A stretch of 63,391 nt of DNA, filler included. It is 13 parts of 13 records of this genome, joined end to end, with 100 filler letters (N's around TTAATTAATTAA, not from the genome) between each part and the next. Parts side by side here need not be neighbours in the genome. Positions count along the whole stretch, not along the records: positions 1 to 10,247 come from SRR20825014_80; positions 10,348 to 20,418 come from SRR20825014_85; 11 more parts are not named here. One strand, 5' to 3'. The translations under genes were made by a program, and so were the position numbers. Under the pieces are notes generated by a model that worked only from the letters and a program-made list of their open reading frames with translations, did not search any database and was not told where the DNA came from. Below, piece after piece: positions 1 to 10,648 of this stretch; within the stretch, counting starts at the first letter, position 1, and each line of letters begins with the position of its first letter.

Positions 1-53
1 ACAGGATGGTCTATAACCTTAATAAATTCGCTTTAACTAAAAAAAAGAACATT

Positions 54-554
54 ATGAAACACATATTTTTAACAACATTCGCTTTAATTGGGTTTGCTTT
101 TGCAACTCAAGCACAAGAGATAAGTAAAAACGCTATCGGTCTTCGATTAGGAGATGGTGATGGTTTTGGAACTGAAGTATCTTACCAACGTGCTGTAGGA
201 AGTAACAATAACAGAATAGAGCTTGACTTAGGTTGGAGAGATAATGAAAATTTTGATGCTATTAGATTAACTGGTCTTTACCATTGGGTATGGAACATAG
301 ATGGTGGCTTTAACTGGTATGCTGGTCCAGGTGCTGGTATAGGTAGAGTAGATTTTGATGATGATAGGTTTCCTAGAGATAACCAACCAGATGATGAAAC
401 TTATGTATACTTAGCTGGAGATATAGGAATTGAATATAACTTTGATTTCCCTCTATTGTTATCATTAGACTTTAGACCAGAATTTGGTTTTAATGATAAT
501 GTTTCTGACGATGTAGATTTTGATATCGGATTAGGTGTTAGATACCAATTCTAA
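54..554 (+). CDS. Outer-membrane beta-barrel protein (Bacteroidetes porin-like hypothetical)
   Basis: ORF 6..554, more likely start ATG 54 (MKHIFLTTFALIGFAFATQA signal peptide); alternating hydrophobic strands; C-terminal GVRYQF barrel signature. Confidence 0.75.
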   Translation: MKHIFLTTFALIGFAFATQAQEISKNAIGLRLGDGDGFGTEVSYQRAVGSNNNRIELDLGWRDNENFDAIRLTGLYHWVWNIDGGFNWYAGPGAGIGRVDFDDDRFPRDNQPDDETYVYLAGDIGIEYNFDFPLLLSLDFRPEFGFNDNVSDDVDFDIGLGVRYQF

Positions 555-573
555 TCTTTTAGAATAACGTATT

Positions 574-606
574 AAAAACTGCTCAACATTTATTGAGCAG
601 TTTTTT
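574..606. terminator. Bidirectional intrinsic terminator
   Basis: AAAAACTGCTCAA-cattta-TTGAGCAGTTTTT perfect stem with A/T tracts between convergent genes. Confidence 0.85.
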
Positions 607-1739
607 TATGCAAAAATGTTATCAATAGCCTTTTGGTATAAGCTTTCGTATTTTGGGACTATTGTATTAATATCAAAAGACTTAGCTACTTTTTTAGCAC
701 GTTCCTTAAACTCTTTTAAGGTTTTTTCATCTTTAAAAATCTTAAGTGCATTAGCTGCCATATCATCTATATCACCTACATCACTTAAAAATCCAGACTC
801 GCCATGAATGTTTACTTCTGGCAAACCTCCAGCGTTAGAAGAAATTACCGGAACACCATCGACCATAGCTTCTAAAGCTGCTAAACCAAAGCTTTCTGCC
901 TCAGATGGTAAAAGGAATAAATCTGAAAAACAAAGTATTTTATCTATCTCGTTACTTTGTCCTACAAATATTACTTTGTTAGCAATATCATATTCTTTAA
1001 TGAGTTGTTCTGCAGCTTCGCGTTCAGGACCTTCACCTACTATAATTAACTTGGCTTTAATCGATTGTTGAATTTTGTAAAAAACAGAAACCACGTCATT
1101 TAATCGTTTTACAGGCCTTAAGTTAGAGATGTGCGTAAGTATTTTCTCATCTGGCTCTGCCATTAAATCTCTTTGGCAGTCTGTAAACACTTTTTCAGAT
1201 ACATTTGTGTCTATAAAATTATGAACTACATCTATATCTTTAGTCACCTCAAAATGTCTTAACGTGTCTTGTTTTAAGCTTTCTGAAACACAAGTAATAA
1301 CATCACTATTATTAATACTAAATGTAACAGCTGGTTTATAAAAAGGATGATTTCCTACCAACGTTATATCTGTACCATGCAAAGTAGTTACCATTGGTAT
1401 TGTAATCCCTTCAGACTGCAACATCTTTTTAGCCATATAACCTGCATAAGCGTGTGGTATTGCATAATGTACGTGTAGCAAATCTATACGATGATTTCTT
1501 ATAACATTTACAAGTTTACTTGAAAGTGCAAGTTCATAAGGTTGATAGTGGAATAAGGGATACTCTGGCACATTTACCTCATGAAAATGAACATTAGAGG
1601 AAAGTAACTCCAACCTTACCGGTTGTTTATAAGTAATAAAATGAATTTCATGACCGCGTTTAGATAATGCTATCCCTAACTCTGTAGCTACTACGCCGCT
1701 ACCGCCAAACGTAGGATAACAAACAATTGCAATTTTCAT
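606..1739 (-). CDS. bshA: N-acetyl-alpha-D-glucosaminyl L-malate synthase (GT4, bacillithiol synthesis)
   Basis: MKIAIVCYPTFGGSGVVATELG start, HVHYAIPHA, TTLHGTDIT and ESFGLAALEAM motifs. Confidence 0.93.
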   Translation of the reverse strand: MKIAIVCYPTFGGSGVVATELGIALSKRGHEIHFITYKQPVRLELLSSNVHFHEVNVPEYPLFHYQPYELALSSKLVNVIRNHRIDLLHVHYAIPHAYAGYMAKKMLQSEGITIPMVTTLHGTDITLVGNHPFYKPAVTFSINNSDVITCVSESLKQDTLRHFEVTKDIDVVHNFIDTNVSEKVFTDCQRDLMAEPDEKILTHISNLRPVKRLNDVVSVFYKIQQSIKAKLIIVGEGPEREAAEQLIKEYDIANKVIFVGQSNEIDKILCFSDLFLLPSEAESFGLAALEAMVDGVPVISSNAGGLPEVNIHGESGFLSDVGDIDDMAANALKIFKDEKTLKEFKERAKKVAKSFDINTIVPKYESLYQKAIDNIFA

Positions 1740-1748
1740 AGGTTGGTT

Positions 1749-4664
1749 TTAATAGTCTATTGCCTCATATATAAGACGTTGTAATTTAGTTCTAATATCT
1801 TCAGAAATAAGTTTTCTGTTAGACGCAAAAGGATAGGTTCTATTACTTAAAAAGATATAAATTAAATTATTGTCTGGATCTGCCCAAGTATATGTTCCTG
1901 TAAAGCCACTATGTCCAAAGCTACTCATTGGCACACAACCACAAGTTGGTCCTACTTCGTCTAACTGAGGTTTATCAAAACCAACACCACGTCTTACCTC
2001 CTTATCTTTATAATAGGTTTTATTAAACTTTTCTATGGTTTCTTCCTTTAAAAATCGTTGACCACCATAGTAACCACCATTTAAATACATCTGCATAATT
2101 TTAGCAATATCATTTGCATTACTAAACAATCCTGCGTGACCACCAATACCTCCAAGCATTGCTGCTCCTTGGTCATGAACATAGCCTTGTACAACTTGGC
2201 GCCTCCATAGCGTGTCATTTTCAGTAGGAACTATTTGCTCTTTACTAAAAGAATTTAATGGTGTATATGTAGTGAAATTAGCTCCCAATGGTTCATAAAA
2301 ATGATCTTGAGTAATGGTATGTAATGAGTTGCCATAGTAGTCTTCTAAATATTGTTTTAAAATATAATATGGTATGTCACTATACTTATACGCAAGTCTA
2401 CTTCGTAACTCACTATCTGCTATCTCCTTATAGATAGAATCATTATAGTCATTACGGATATAAAAATTTTCTGCTACTTGAATATTGAAATTAGAATCTG
2501 ACTTGTCTCTATAGTATTTAACTGATGCTCTTTTAGTAACAGTATCCATTGTATGCAAATAAAACGGTATCCAAGCTGGTAGTTTTGCATAATGAGAAAG
2601 CATTTGCTTTATAGTAATATTTTTCTTGTTGCTTTTACTTAACTGAGGAAGAATATCTTTAAGTTTGGTATTAAGATTAATAGTATTGTTTTCTTCCAAC
2701 TCCATAACCAATGGCAATGTTGCTAGTATTTTTGTTAGAGATGCCACATCATAAAGAGATGAGTCTGTAACTTTTTGATTCTTCTCATAAGTATGATACC
2801 CAAAATTCTTATTGTACACCACTTTTCCTTCTTTTGCTATTAACATTTGAAAACCTGGTGTCATTTCCTTTTCTAAGGTTATGTTGATTAAAGAATCCAT
2901 CTTCTTTAATTTATAAGAATTCATTCCAACACTTTCTGGTAAACCGTAAGATAATCGTTTTAAAGATTTTGTCTCATAGCTTGTACCTACTGGAAAATCT
3001 AAACCTACACTTACTGGTAATTTTCCTTTAGCATCTATGGCTCCAAATAACATTTGTGCAGTAACGTTTTGTGCTATCTCACTATTTTGATACGCCATTA
3101 CAATACCTTCTATATTGGTATTGGTTTTAAGATCTAACATTGCATATGGTCTTGCAAATACATTTAAGATTGTAGTATTGTTTCTTGCAATTTCATATAA
3201 CCAGACGGTTTCCTTATCTGTAAAATTGTAGCTTTTCCAAGGACTATCATTACTTTTATGTAATCCTACAATAACATAATTGTAGTTTTTTAGTTTTTCT
3301 AATAGCCCATCAAGGTGATTTGCTGTCACATGATCTACAGTAGTATATTTATTTAATTGGTTTAAAAATGCAGAACCATCATCATCACCTAAGCTCACGT
3401 ATGCTATCTTCTTTTTATTAATACGCTTAATAGGTAAAATTGCCTTATTATTTTTTACAACTGTAACTGCATTTTCCATTAAGCGTTGGTAAAGCACATC
3501 GTTAGATATGGTATTTAAATCTTCATATAAGAAGGTTTCATTTACCGGCTCGTAATCATTTAATCCTACTTTATATTTAGCAGATAATATTTTTTTAACT
3601 GAATGTTCTAAACGTTTCTCTGAAATAAGTTCTTCATAATACGCCTCTTTCAACTTTCCTATTGCAACAGGAATATCTTCAGAAATTAACAGAATATCAT
3701 TACCTGCTAAAAAGGCTGCTAAATCTGCATCTCCAGGTTCTTTACTGTTTGCCAAGCCTTTCATTTCCAAAGCATCTGTAAATATTAATCCTTTAAACTG
3801 AAGTTTTTCCTTAAGCAAGTCTGTTACAATAGTTTTTGAAATTGAAGAAGGATAATTAGATCTTGTCTCCAGTGCTGGAACATTTAAATGTGCAACCATG
3901 ATGCTAGAAACACCTTCGGTAATTATCCTTTTGTAAGGGTATAACTCTACACTATCCAATCGTTTAATATCAAAATCTATAGTTGGTAGTGTTTTGTGTG
4001 AATCTGTTTCTGTGTCACCATGACCTGGAAAGTGCTTTGCGCTAGATAAAACTCCAGCACTATGCATACCATTCATAAATGCAATTGCTTTCTCTGTAAC
4101 ATTTACCTTGTCCTCACCAAAAGATCTATTTCCTATAATAGGATTATTGGGATTGGTGTTAATATCTACAACAGGACCAAAATTCATATGCATACCAATG
4201 CGCTTAACGTGTTGGCCTATTTGTTTTCCTGTTAACTCTACAAGTTTATTGTCTTTAATTGCTCCTAATGTCATATTCCAAGGAAATGCATAAGTAGAAT
4301 CTAAACGCATTGCTAAGCCCCATTCTGCATCCATTGCCATAAGTAATGGTATTTTAGCTTGGTCTTGTAGTTGGTTATTTAACTTAGCTTGTCGTATTGG
4401 TCCACCTTTTGAAAATATAATTCCGCCAACGTGGTACTTAGCCACAAGAGAATCTAATTCCTTTTTATGTGCAGCACCTTGGTTTGAGAATGCTCGAGGC
4501 ATAAATAACTGACCAATTTTTTGATCAAGGTTCATAGTGTTATAAACACTATCTACCCATTGTTTTTGTGCTCTCGCATCTTTAGCAGCTAATGGATTGT
4601 TTTGTTGAGCAGATACTGTTGTATATATAAGGAAAACTGCACATGCAGTAAGGAAACGCGTCAT
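1749..4664 (-). CDS. GH3 beta-N-acetylglucosaminidase fused to a C-terminal serine beta-lactamase-fold (AmiE-like) domain
   Basis: KHFPGHGDTETDSH NagZ motif, FTDALEM nucleophile; C-terminal ASLTK, YSD and GHSGFTGT. Confidence 0.9.
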   Translation of the reverse strand: MTRFLTACAVFLIYTTVSAQQNNPLAAKDARAQKQWVDSVYNTMNLDQKIGQLFMPRAFSNQGAAHKKELDSLVAKYHVGGIIFSKGGPIRQAKLNNQLQDQAKIPLLMAMDAEWGLAMRLDSTYAFPWNMTLGAIKDNKLVELTGKQIGQHVKRIGMHMNFGPVVDINTNPNNPIIGNRSFGEDKVNVTEKAIAFMNGMHSAGVLSSAKHFPGHGDTETDSHKTLPTIDFDIKRLDSVELYPYKRIITEGVSSIMVAHLNVPALETRSNYPSSISKTIVTDLLKEKLQFKGLIFTDALEMKGLANSKEPGDADLAAFLAGNDILLISEDIPVAIGKLKEAYYEELISEKRLEHSVKKILSAKYKVGLNDYEPVNETFLYEDLNTISNDVLYQRLMENAVTVVKNNKAILPIKRINKKKIAYVSLGDDDGSAFLNQLNKYTTVDHVTANHLDGLLEKLKNYNYVIVGLHKSNDSPWKSYNFTDKETVWLYEIARNNTTILNVFARPYAMLDLKTNTNIEGIVMAYQNSEIAQNVTAQMLFGAIDAKGKLPVSVGLDFPVGTSYETKSLKRLSYGLPESVGMNSYKLKKMDSLINITLEKEMTPGFQMLIAKEGKVVYNKNFGYHTYEKNQKVTDSSLYDVASLTKILATLPLVMELEENNTINLNTKLKDILPQLSKSNKKNITIKQMLSHYAKLPAWIPFYLHTMDTVTKRASVKYYRDKSDSNFNIQVAENFYIRNDYNDSIYKEIADSELRSRLAYKYSDIPYYILKQYLEDYYGNSLHTITQDHFYEPLGANFTTYTPLNSFSKEQIVPTENDTLWRRQVVQGYVHDQGAAMLGGIGGHAGLFSNANDIAKIMQMYLNGGYYGGQRFLKEETIEKFNKTYYKDKEVRRGVGFDKPQLDEVGPTCGCVPMSSFGHSGFTGTYTWADPDNNLIYIFLSNRTYPFASNRKLISEDIRTKLQRLIYEAIDY

Positions 4665-4791
4665 AAATAATTGGTGAAAAATTCAACTTTAAAGATACAA
4701 GAATTAGACCGTTTATTATAAAATCTTAATAATGTATCTGTAAGTTATTAAACATTATAATTTTACAAATAGTATAGTTTATCATACAATA

Positions 4792-4822
4792 AAGCCATTT
4801 AACTTAAGGAGCTAAATGGCTT
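4792..4822 (-). terminator. Probable terminator hairpin after the Fe-S operon
   Basis: AAGCCATTTA-N11-TAAATGGCTT inverted repeat. Confidence 0.55.
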
Positions 4823-4864
4823 AAAAAATTAGAAATCTTATTGTGTTACTAAATATAGTTTTTA

Positions 4865-5347
4865 TTAGAAAAACCTTGAATGCCAAGACTCAATTGCTGG
4901 CACTTCCCAATGGTCTTCATACTCACCTTTATTTACAACTAAGTTATTAAAGACTATCGTATTAGCTGATACGCCTTTATTTTTTGCTAGTTTTTTAAAA
5001 TCAATAAGAGACTTATATGTAATGTACTCTCCTTGTTTAAAGGAAACATTCATTTTATCCATAAGGTCTATATCGTAATCTTTTTCCAGCTGCATTATAA
5101 AATGCACAGAAGCATCAATTGAACAACCTGTGGCTGCATTGCGCTCTTGATCTAAAGCAATTACAATAAAACGTTTGTACTTAATCTCGAAACCAGCATT
5201 TAGGTTTGCACCATGAGCGGTCCACTCTTGAATAAACTTAGTAAGCTTAGTTTCAATTTCTGAAACTTCATCTTCGGTTAATGTTCTATTGGCTTGATAA
5301 ATCCAGATTCTTGAATCGTCTGGAAGTGTATTAAAATCTACTAACAT
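4865..5347 (-). CDS. Conserved Bacteroidetes hypothetical protein (often labelled 'ABC transporter ATPase')
   Basis: SRIWIYQANR, WTAHG and ATGCSID motifs; no Walker A visible. Confidence 0.7.
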   Translation of the reverse strand: MLVDFNTLPDDSRIWIYQANRTLTEDEVSEIETKLTKFIQEWTAHGANLNAGFEIKYKRFIVIALDQERNAATGCSIDASVHFIMQLEKDYDIDLMDKMNVSFKQGEYITYKSLIDFKKLAKNKGVSANTIVFNNLVVNKGEYEDHWEVPAIESWHSRFF

Positions 5348-5353
5348 AAGTAT

Positions 5354-6142
5354 TTATAAATCATCTGCATTTGCAATCATCTCGGCAACATCCATCACTT
5401 CTATTTCGCCTTCAGCTTCACTTTTCACACCATCTGTCATCATAGTATTACAAAATGGGCAACCAGCAGCAATAACATCTGGTTTAACCTCCATAGCTTG
5501 TTGTGTACGCTCTATGTTTACATCTTTGTTTCCTGGTTCTGGCTCTTTAAACATTTGGCCTCCACCAGCTCCGCAACATAAACCGTTTTTCTTGCACTTA
5601 CGCATTTCAACAAGTTCTACTTCTAGTTTTCTAAGTAAATCTCTTGGTGCTTCATATACGTTATTTGCTCTTCCTAAATAACAAGGGTCGTGAAATGTTA
5701 TACGCTTTCCTTTAAACTTACCACCTTCAACTTTAAGGCGTCCTTCTTCCATTAGTGATTTAAGGAATGTGGTATGGTGCATTACCTCGTAATTTCCACC
5801 TAAAGACGGATATTCGTTTTTAATGGTATTAAAACAGTGAGGACAAGCTGTTACAACTTTCTTTATTTCATAAGCATTTAGAACTTCTATATTAGTTACA
5901 GCCTGCATCTGAAATAAAAACTCATTTCCTGCACGTTTTGCGGGATCTCCAGTACAGCTTTCTTCTGTACCTAAGACAGCAAAATCTACATTTGCACGAT
6001 TTAATAATTTTACAAATGCTTTTGTTATTTTTTTGGCACGGTCGTCAAAACTTCCTGCGCAACCAACCCAGAATAAAACCTCTGGTTGTTTGCCTTCTGC
6101 CATATATTCTGCCATTGTTGGCACCTTTAGTGTTTCAGACAT
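5354..6142 (-). CDS. CCG-domain Fe-S protein (HdrD/GlpC/FadF C-terminal type)
   Basis: WVGC, ESCTG, ACPHC, HDPCYLGR, CCGAGGG, GCPFC. Confidence 0.88.
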   Translation of the reverse strand: MSETLKVPTMAEYMAEGKQPEVLFWVGCAGSFDDRAKKITKAFVKLLNRANVDFAVLGTEESCTGDPAKRAGNEFLFQMQAVTNIEVLNAYEIKKVVTACPHCFNTIKNEYPSLGGNYEVMHHTTFLKSLMEEGRLKVEGGKFKGKRITFHDPCYLGRANNVYEAPRDLLRKLEVELVEMRKCKKNGLCCGAGGGQMFKEPEPGNKDVNIERTQQAMEVKPDVIAAGCPFCNTMMTDGVKSEAEGEIEVMDVAEMIANADDL

Positions 6143-6147
6143 AATTG

Positions 6148-6582
6148 TTATTCTTGAAAAACTTGAATTTTAACTTCTTTCTCTACAAGGTCTGTAAATT
6201 TACCTTTGTAACGTGTGGCTTTCACCAAATGGTTATCTACCCAATGGTAATTACCACCTCTTGGTTTACCCATTAATAAACTATGGAATTTAAAGCCATG
6301 TTTGTTTAACCAGGTTTCTGTAACTTCTCTATGCTCTTCTGTTCTAGAAGTAAAGAAACATATCATATGGCCTTGGTCATACCATTTATTTAACGTTGCT
6401 AATGCATCTGGAAAAGGTTCACAAGTTGCCATGCGTTCTGGCTCCTCATTAGGAACATCTTCTGTAATGGTGCCGTCTATATCTATAAGATAATTCTTAA
6501 CACCTTTTGGTAGCACTGGACTTACCTTTTCTCCGGCTTCTACTTTATCGTGTAATAATTTTTCTACGTCCTTCTTTTTCAT
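6148..6582 (-). CDS. Small HAD-superfamily phosphatase-like protein
   Basis: DIDGT motif I, FTSR motif II, MGKP. Confidence 0.75.
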   Translation of the reverse strand: MKKKDVEKLLHDKVEAGEKVSPVLPKGVKNYLIDIDGTITEDVPNEEPERMATCEPFPDALATLNKWYDQGHMICFFTSRTEEHREVTETWLNKHGFKFHSLLMGKPRGGNYHWVDNHLVKATRYKGKFTDLVEKEVKIQVFQE

Positions 6583-6589
6583 TGTTCTA

Positions 6590-6919
6590 TTACTCTTTTA
6601 GTTCGTCAAAAGCCTCTCGTGGCATTCTTAAATATATTGCCAGCAAATGATCGCCTTTTTTTCGGTATTTAGGCTGAAATCTTGACTGGTATGTAATCTC
6701 TAAGCTTTGTTGTTTTAATGCTTCTAATTGATTTTCTGAACAATAATCACAAAATACCTTTTTAACGCTTAATGAATCTACCTGTAATTGGTCATTAACA
6801 TATAAATTGGTATAAACTTTTACTTGTATTGAATCTTTTTGATATCCAAGCTGTGCATATCCTCCAACTGTAATTAGAGAGAAAAGAACACATAACGATA
6901 TGTTCTTAATAAATGGCAT
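6590..6919 (-). CDS. Hypothetical exported protein with CxxC
   Basis: ORF 6590..6937, likely start 6919 overlapping the upstream stop; signal-like N-terminus; FCDYC. Confidence 0.6.
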   Translation of the reverse strand: MPFIKNISLCVLFSLITVGGYAQLGYQKDSIQVKVYTNLYVNDQLQVDSLSVKKVFCDYCSENQLEALKQQSLEITYQSRFQPKYRKKGDHLLAIYLRMPREAFDELKE

Positions 6920-8250
6920 TAACTTTCGTTTGTCCAATTTAAACGATCCATTTGGTTATAAGGCCAAGGCGCACCATTATTCTCTATATTTGTCATAGCA
7001 TTGTTTAGCTCATTTGGTGCTGCACTTTGCTCCATTACCAAATAGCGTCTCATATCCATAATAATACTTAATGGGTCTATTCCTATAGGGCAAGCTTCTA
7101 CGCAAGCATTACAGGTTGTACACGCCCAAAGTTCTTCACGCAAGATGTAATTGTCTAAAAGTTGTTTACCATCATCTTCAAACGTTCCATTTTTATTTAT
7201 GTTTTCTCCAACCTCTTCAAGACGGTCTCTAGTATCCATCATAATTTTACGAGGAGATAGTTTTTTTCCTGTTTGGTTTGCAGGACACTCTGATGTACAA
7301 CGCCCACATTCTGTACACGTGTAGCTATTGAGTAACTGTACCCAATTTAAATCTGAAACATCACTGGCTCCAAATTTTTCTGGAACGTCATCTTCTGCGC
7401 CTTCTGCTGGAGCAGCAAATGGATCTGCATCTGGATCCATCATTAACTTTACCTCATTTGTTACAGCTTCTAAATTATTAAACTCACCTTTTGGTGTAAG
7501 CTTAGCAAAATATGTGTTTGGGAAAGCCAATAATATGTGTAAATGCTTAGAGTAGTATAAATAGTTCAAGAAAATTAAGATCCCTACAATGTGTAACCAC
7601 CAAGCTGTTCTTTCAATTATAATTAAAGTACTTGTTGAAAGCCCATCAAAAATTGGAAGTAAAAATTGACTTATAGGAAAGGTTCCTGCTTGTGCATAAT
7701 GATCTGCACCATTTAGTTGTAATTGTAAATCTGCACCATTCATTATTAAGAACAATGCCATTAATACCATTTCAAAATAAAGAATATTATTGGCATCATT
7801 TTTAGGCCAGCTTGTCATTTCTCTAGCCCAGAAGCGTTTTATTCTTGAAATGTTACGTCTTGTCCAAAATATAATAACACCTACAAGTACTAAAAATGCT
7901 AAAATCTCGAACGTAGCGATTAACACATCATAAGCGCCTCCTAAATAAGGTGCAAAAATACGGTGAGTACCAAATAGACCATCTATAATAATTTCAAGAA
8001 CTTCGATATTAATTATTATAAATCCTAGATATACAATAATATGGAGAATACCAGAGATAGGTCTTCTTACCATTTTAGATTGTCCCAAAGCTAAAAGAGC
8101 CATTGTTTTAAAACGTTCGCCTTTTTGATCTGTTCTATCTACTTTCTTTCCAAGTTTGATATTACGAATCATTCTACGCACGTTTCTAGCAAAGAAACCT
8201 ATGCCTGCAATTAAAATAATACCAAATAATATTTGAGCTAAGATTTGCAT
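6919..8250 (-). CDS. Membrane-bound Fe-S oxidoreductase (FadF N-terminal type, 4Fe-4S dicluster)
   Basis: Several TM helices, then CTECGRCTSECP and CTTCNACVEACP. Confidence 0.88.
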   Translation of the reverse strand: MQILAQILFGIILIAGIGFFARNVRRMIRNIKLGKKVDRTDQKGERFKTMALLALGQSKMVRRPISGILHIIVYLGFIIINIEVLEIIIDGLFGTHRIFAPYLGGAYDVLIATFEILAFLVLVGVIIFWTRRNISRIKRFWAREMTSWPKNDANNILYFEMVLMALFLIMNGADLQLQLNGADHYAQAGTFPISQFLLPIFDGLSTSTLIIIERTAWWLHIVGILIFLNYLYYSKHLHILLAFPNTYFAKLTPKGEFNNLEAVTNEVKLMMDPDADPFAAPAEGAEDDVPEKFGASDVSDLNWVQLLNSYTCTECGRCTSECPANQTGKKLSPRKIMMDTRDRLEEVGENINKNGTFEDDGKQLLDNYILREELWACTTCNACVEACPIGIDPLSIIMDMRRYLVMEQSAAPNELNNAMTNIENNGAPWPYNQMDRLNWTNES

Positions 8251-8252
8251 AA

Positions 8253-9203
8253 TTATTTAAGAGAGTCTTTTGGTGGTTTATAGTCTTTATTACGTTTACC
8301 AAATACTGAGATATGTACGTAACGTTTAGGATTTAACTTAACATCTTGTAAAAGTTGTTCAAGTTGTTTTGTAGCACGATCTAAGTTATCATATACCTTA
8401 GGGTCGTTTAATAATTTACCAACTGTACCATCTGTACTGTTTGCTTTGGCTGCAACATTTTTAAGGTCTGCTGCTATCTCTTCAAAATCGTTTACTATGC
8501 CTGCAAGGTTAACTTCGGCTAGTGAGTCTGAGAACGAATTAAAATTATAAGACATTTCATCTAGGTTGGTAAATGTTCTGTCTAGCTTAGGTTTATTATC
8601 TGTTAATATACCATTTAAAGTTCCAGATGTATTTTCTAAAGACGCCATTGTGCGGTCTAAGCTGGCAAAAGAGTTTCTTAAATTTTGACGCGTATTTGGA
8701 TCTAAAATCTCATTAAATCCATTTACTAAAGAATCTACACTTACAATAACGTTCTCTATTTTTTTCTGAAGTGGTGTTAGCCTATCATTAACTAATTCTA
8801 ACAAACCTTCTTCTATCTCACTATTTAGGGTATCTCCATCTTTAGCCATTTGTCCTTGCTCATACGTAGGTACAATTGCAAGAGACTTACCTCCTATTAT
8901 ACCACCACCATAAATACGAGCAATGCTGTTTTTTGAAAACTCAAAATCATTTTCAACAGTAAATGTAATTGCTAAGTTACCTCGAGAATCTATAATTTGA
9001 ATATCTGTAACCTTACCTACTTGCAAACCGTTTATAGTTACTTTAGAAGACCTTGCCAGACCTTCAACATCATCATAAACAGCATAAAATGTTCGGCTAC
9101 CATCCAATAGGTTATTTCCTTTTAAGAAATAATACCCAAATATAAGCAGTGCTATAGCTGAAAGAACTAATACTGCTGTCTTAACTTCTCTAGTAATTTT
9201 CAA
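8253..9203 (-). CDS. MlaD/MCE-family protein
   Basis: N-terminal TM anchor, GLARSSKVTINGLQVGKV MCE motif, coiled coil, C-terminal NPKRY; TTG start. Confidence 0.88.
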   Translation of the reverse strand: MKITREVKTAVLVLSAIALLIFGYYFLKGNNLLDGSRTFYAVYDDVEGLARSSKVTINGLQVGKVTDIQIIDSRGNLAITFTVENDFEFSKNSIARIYGGGIIGGKSLAIVPTYEQGQMAKDGDTLNSEIEEGLLELVNDRLTPLQKKIENVIVSVDSLVNGFNEILDPNTRQNLRNSFASLDRTMASLENTSGTLNGILTDNKPKLDRTFTNLDEMSYNFNSFSDSLAEVNLAGIVNDFEEIAADLKNVAAKANSTDGTVGKLLNDPKVYDNLDRATKQLEQLLQDVKLNPKRYVHISVFGKRNKDYKPPKDSLK

Positions 9204-9259
9204 GGATATATAATACTTTAGTGAACAACAAATGTAGCGATTAATATAGGAACGTAAAG

Positions 9260-10247
9260 TTAATTAACCTTAGATTTTAAAGCTTCATTTACGTTGATTT
9301 TTTTTTCACCCTTAAAGGCTACAACGTATGCCTGCTCATAACCTACAATTTTAGCCTGTTTTACAAGCTCTTGTATTTTTAGATAGTCTGATGTCTTTCC
9401 GAAGTAATATTTGTAAAGACCATTTTCCTGATTTCTAGTAATTTGATTAAGCCCTTTAAAGTCATGTTTGTCTGGGTTTAACTTTTTGGAACTTGCAGCA
9501 ATCTGGACTTTAAAAACGATATCTCCATACACTTCTTCTTTAGTTTGAGATACAGTTTTTGGAGTATTTATTTGGTCTGACACACCTCCAAAAACATCTA
9601 AATTTAAAGTTCTTTTATATTCATTTATAGCATTGGCTATAGCAGTTGCTACTTTTTCTTGTCCTTTTGCACTGTTTAAAAAAGCACCTTCTTCTGTATT
9701 TGTAATAAAGCCTGTTTCAATTAACACACTAGGCATATAGGTTTTTCTTAAAACTAAGAAACCTGCTTGTTTTACGCCTCTACTTTTTCTCTTAAGCTTA
9801 TCTCTAAATTGAGATTCTACATTATCTGCCAACAAAATACTTTGATCTAAATATTCTTCTTGCATTAAAGTTAAGCCAATATAGGATTCTGGAGATTTAG
9901 GATCAAAACCATCATAGGTCACCTCATAATCTTCCTCTAAATAAATTACAGAGTTCTCTGCCATTGCTACGGCCAAGTTATCATCATTTCTATGCAGACC
10001 TAAAACGTATGTTTCTGTTCCATAGGCCTGAGAGTTATGAGCATTACAATGTATAGACACAAACAAATCTGCCTTTGCTGAGTTTGCTATCTTGGCTCTC
10101 CCATCTAGTGTTACAAATTTATCTGACTCACGAGTATAGACAATCTCAACATTTTTATCATCTTTCAACTTATTACCTACTAACTTGGTAATAATTAAAG
10201 CTATTGTCTTTTCCTTAAGATGATTTTTTAATTTTCCAGGATCTTTA
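9260..10247 (-). CDS. N-acetylmuramoyl-L-alanine amidase (Amidase_3), 5'-truncated by contig end
   Basis: Frame open to the contig edge (KDPG...EK); FVSIHCNA and PSVLIETGF; C-terminal SPOR-like FKVQI. Confidence 0.9.
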
Positions 10248-10347
10248 NNNNNNNNNNNNNNNNNNNNNNNNNNNNNNNNNNNNNNNNNNNNTTAATTAAT
10301 TAANNNNNNNNNNNNNNNNNNNNNNNNNNNNNNNNNNNNNNNNNNNN
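10248..10347. other. Artificial contig spacer; identical spacers at 20419-20518, 27307-27406, 31268-31367, 35197-35296, 40245-40344, 45143-45242, 47280-47379, 50964-51063, 54826-54925, 57354-57453, 60614-60713
   Basis: 44 N + TTAATTAATTAA (stops in all six frames) + 44 N; genes are truncated and composition changes at the joins. Confidence 0.98.
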
Positions 10348-10642
10348 GCATAAATACCAAGGAAAATATTATTTCTCCTATTCTACAGGAGATACACATA
10401 AAATTGTTTATGCTACTGCTACCAATCCTTACGGCCCTTTTACGTATCAAGGGGTTATCTTAAAACCTGTAATAGGCTGGACTAACCATCATTCCATTGT
10501 TAAGTACAAAGGAAAATGGTATTTATTTTATCATGACAGTTCCCTTTCCAATGGGCAAACTCATTTAAGATGTGTTAAGGTTGTAGAATTACATTATAAT
10601 ACTGATGGTAGCATTCAAACTATTGATCCTCTTTTAAAATAG
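10348..10642 (+). CDS. GH43 (GH43_1-like) beta-xylosidase/arabinofuranosidase, 3' fragment (absent from ORF track)
   Basis: Manual translation HKYQGKYYFSYSTGDTHKIVYAT...GWTNHHSIV...WYLFYHDS...THLRCVKV...IDPLLK*. Confidence 0.88.
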
Positions 10643-10648
10643 AAAAGA

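Noticed and set aside
1749-3000. Beta-lactamase-like domain as a resistance gene
   Set aside because: It is the C-terminal domain of a GH3 NagZ-type fusion, typical of peptidoglycan or glycan recycling.
10292-10303. TTAATTAATTAA repeated 12 times through the window
   Set aside because: Always centred in N runs; an artificial contig linker, not a biological repeat or CRISPR.
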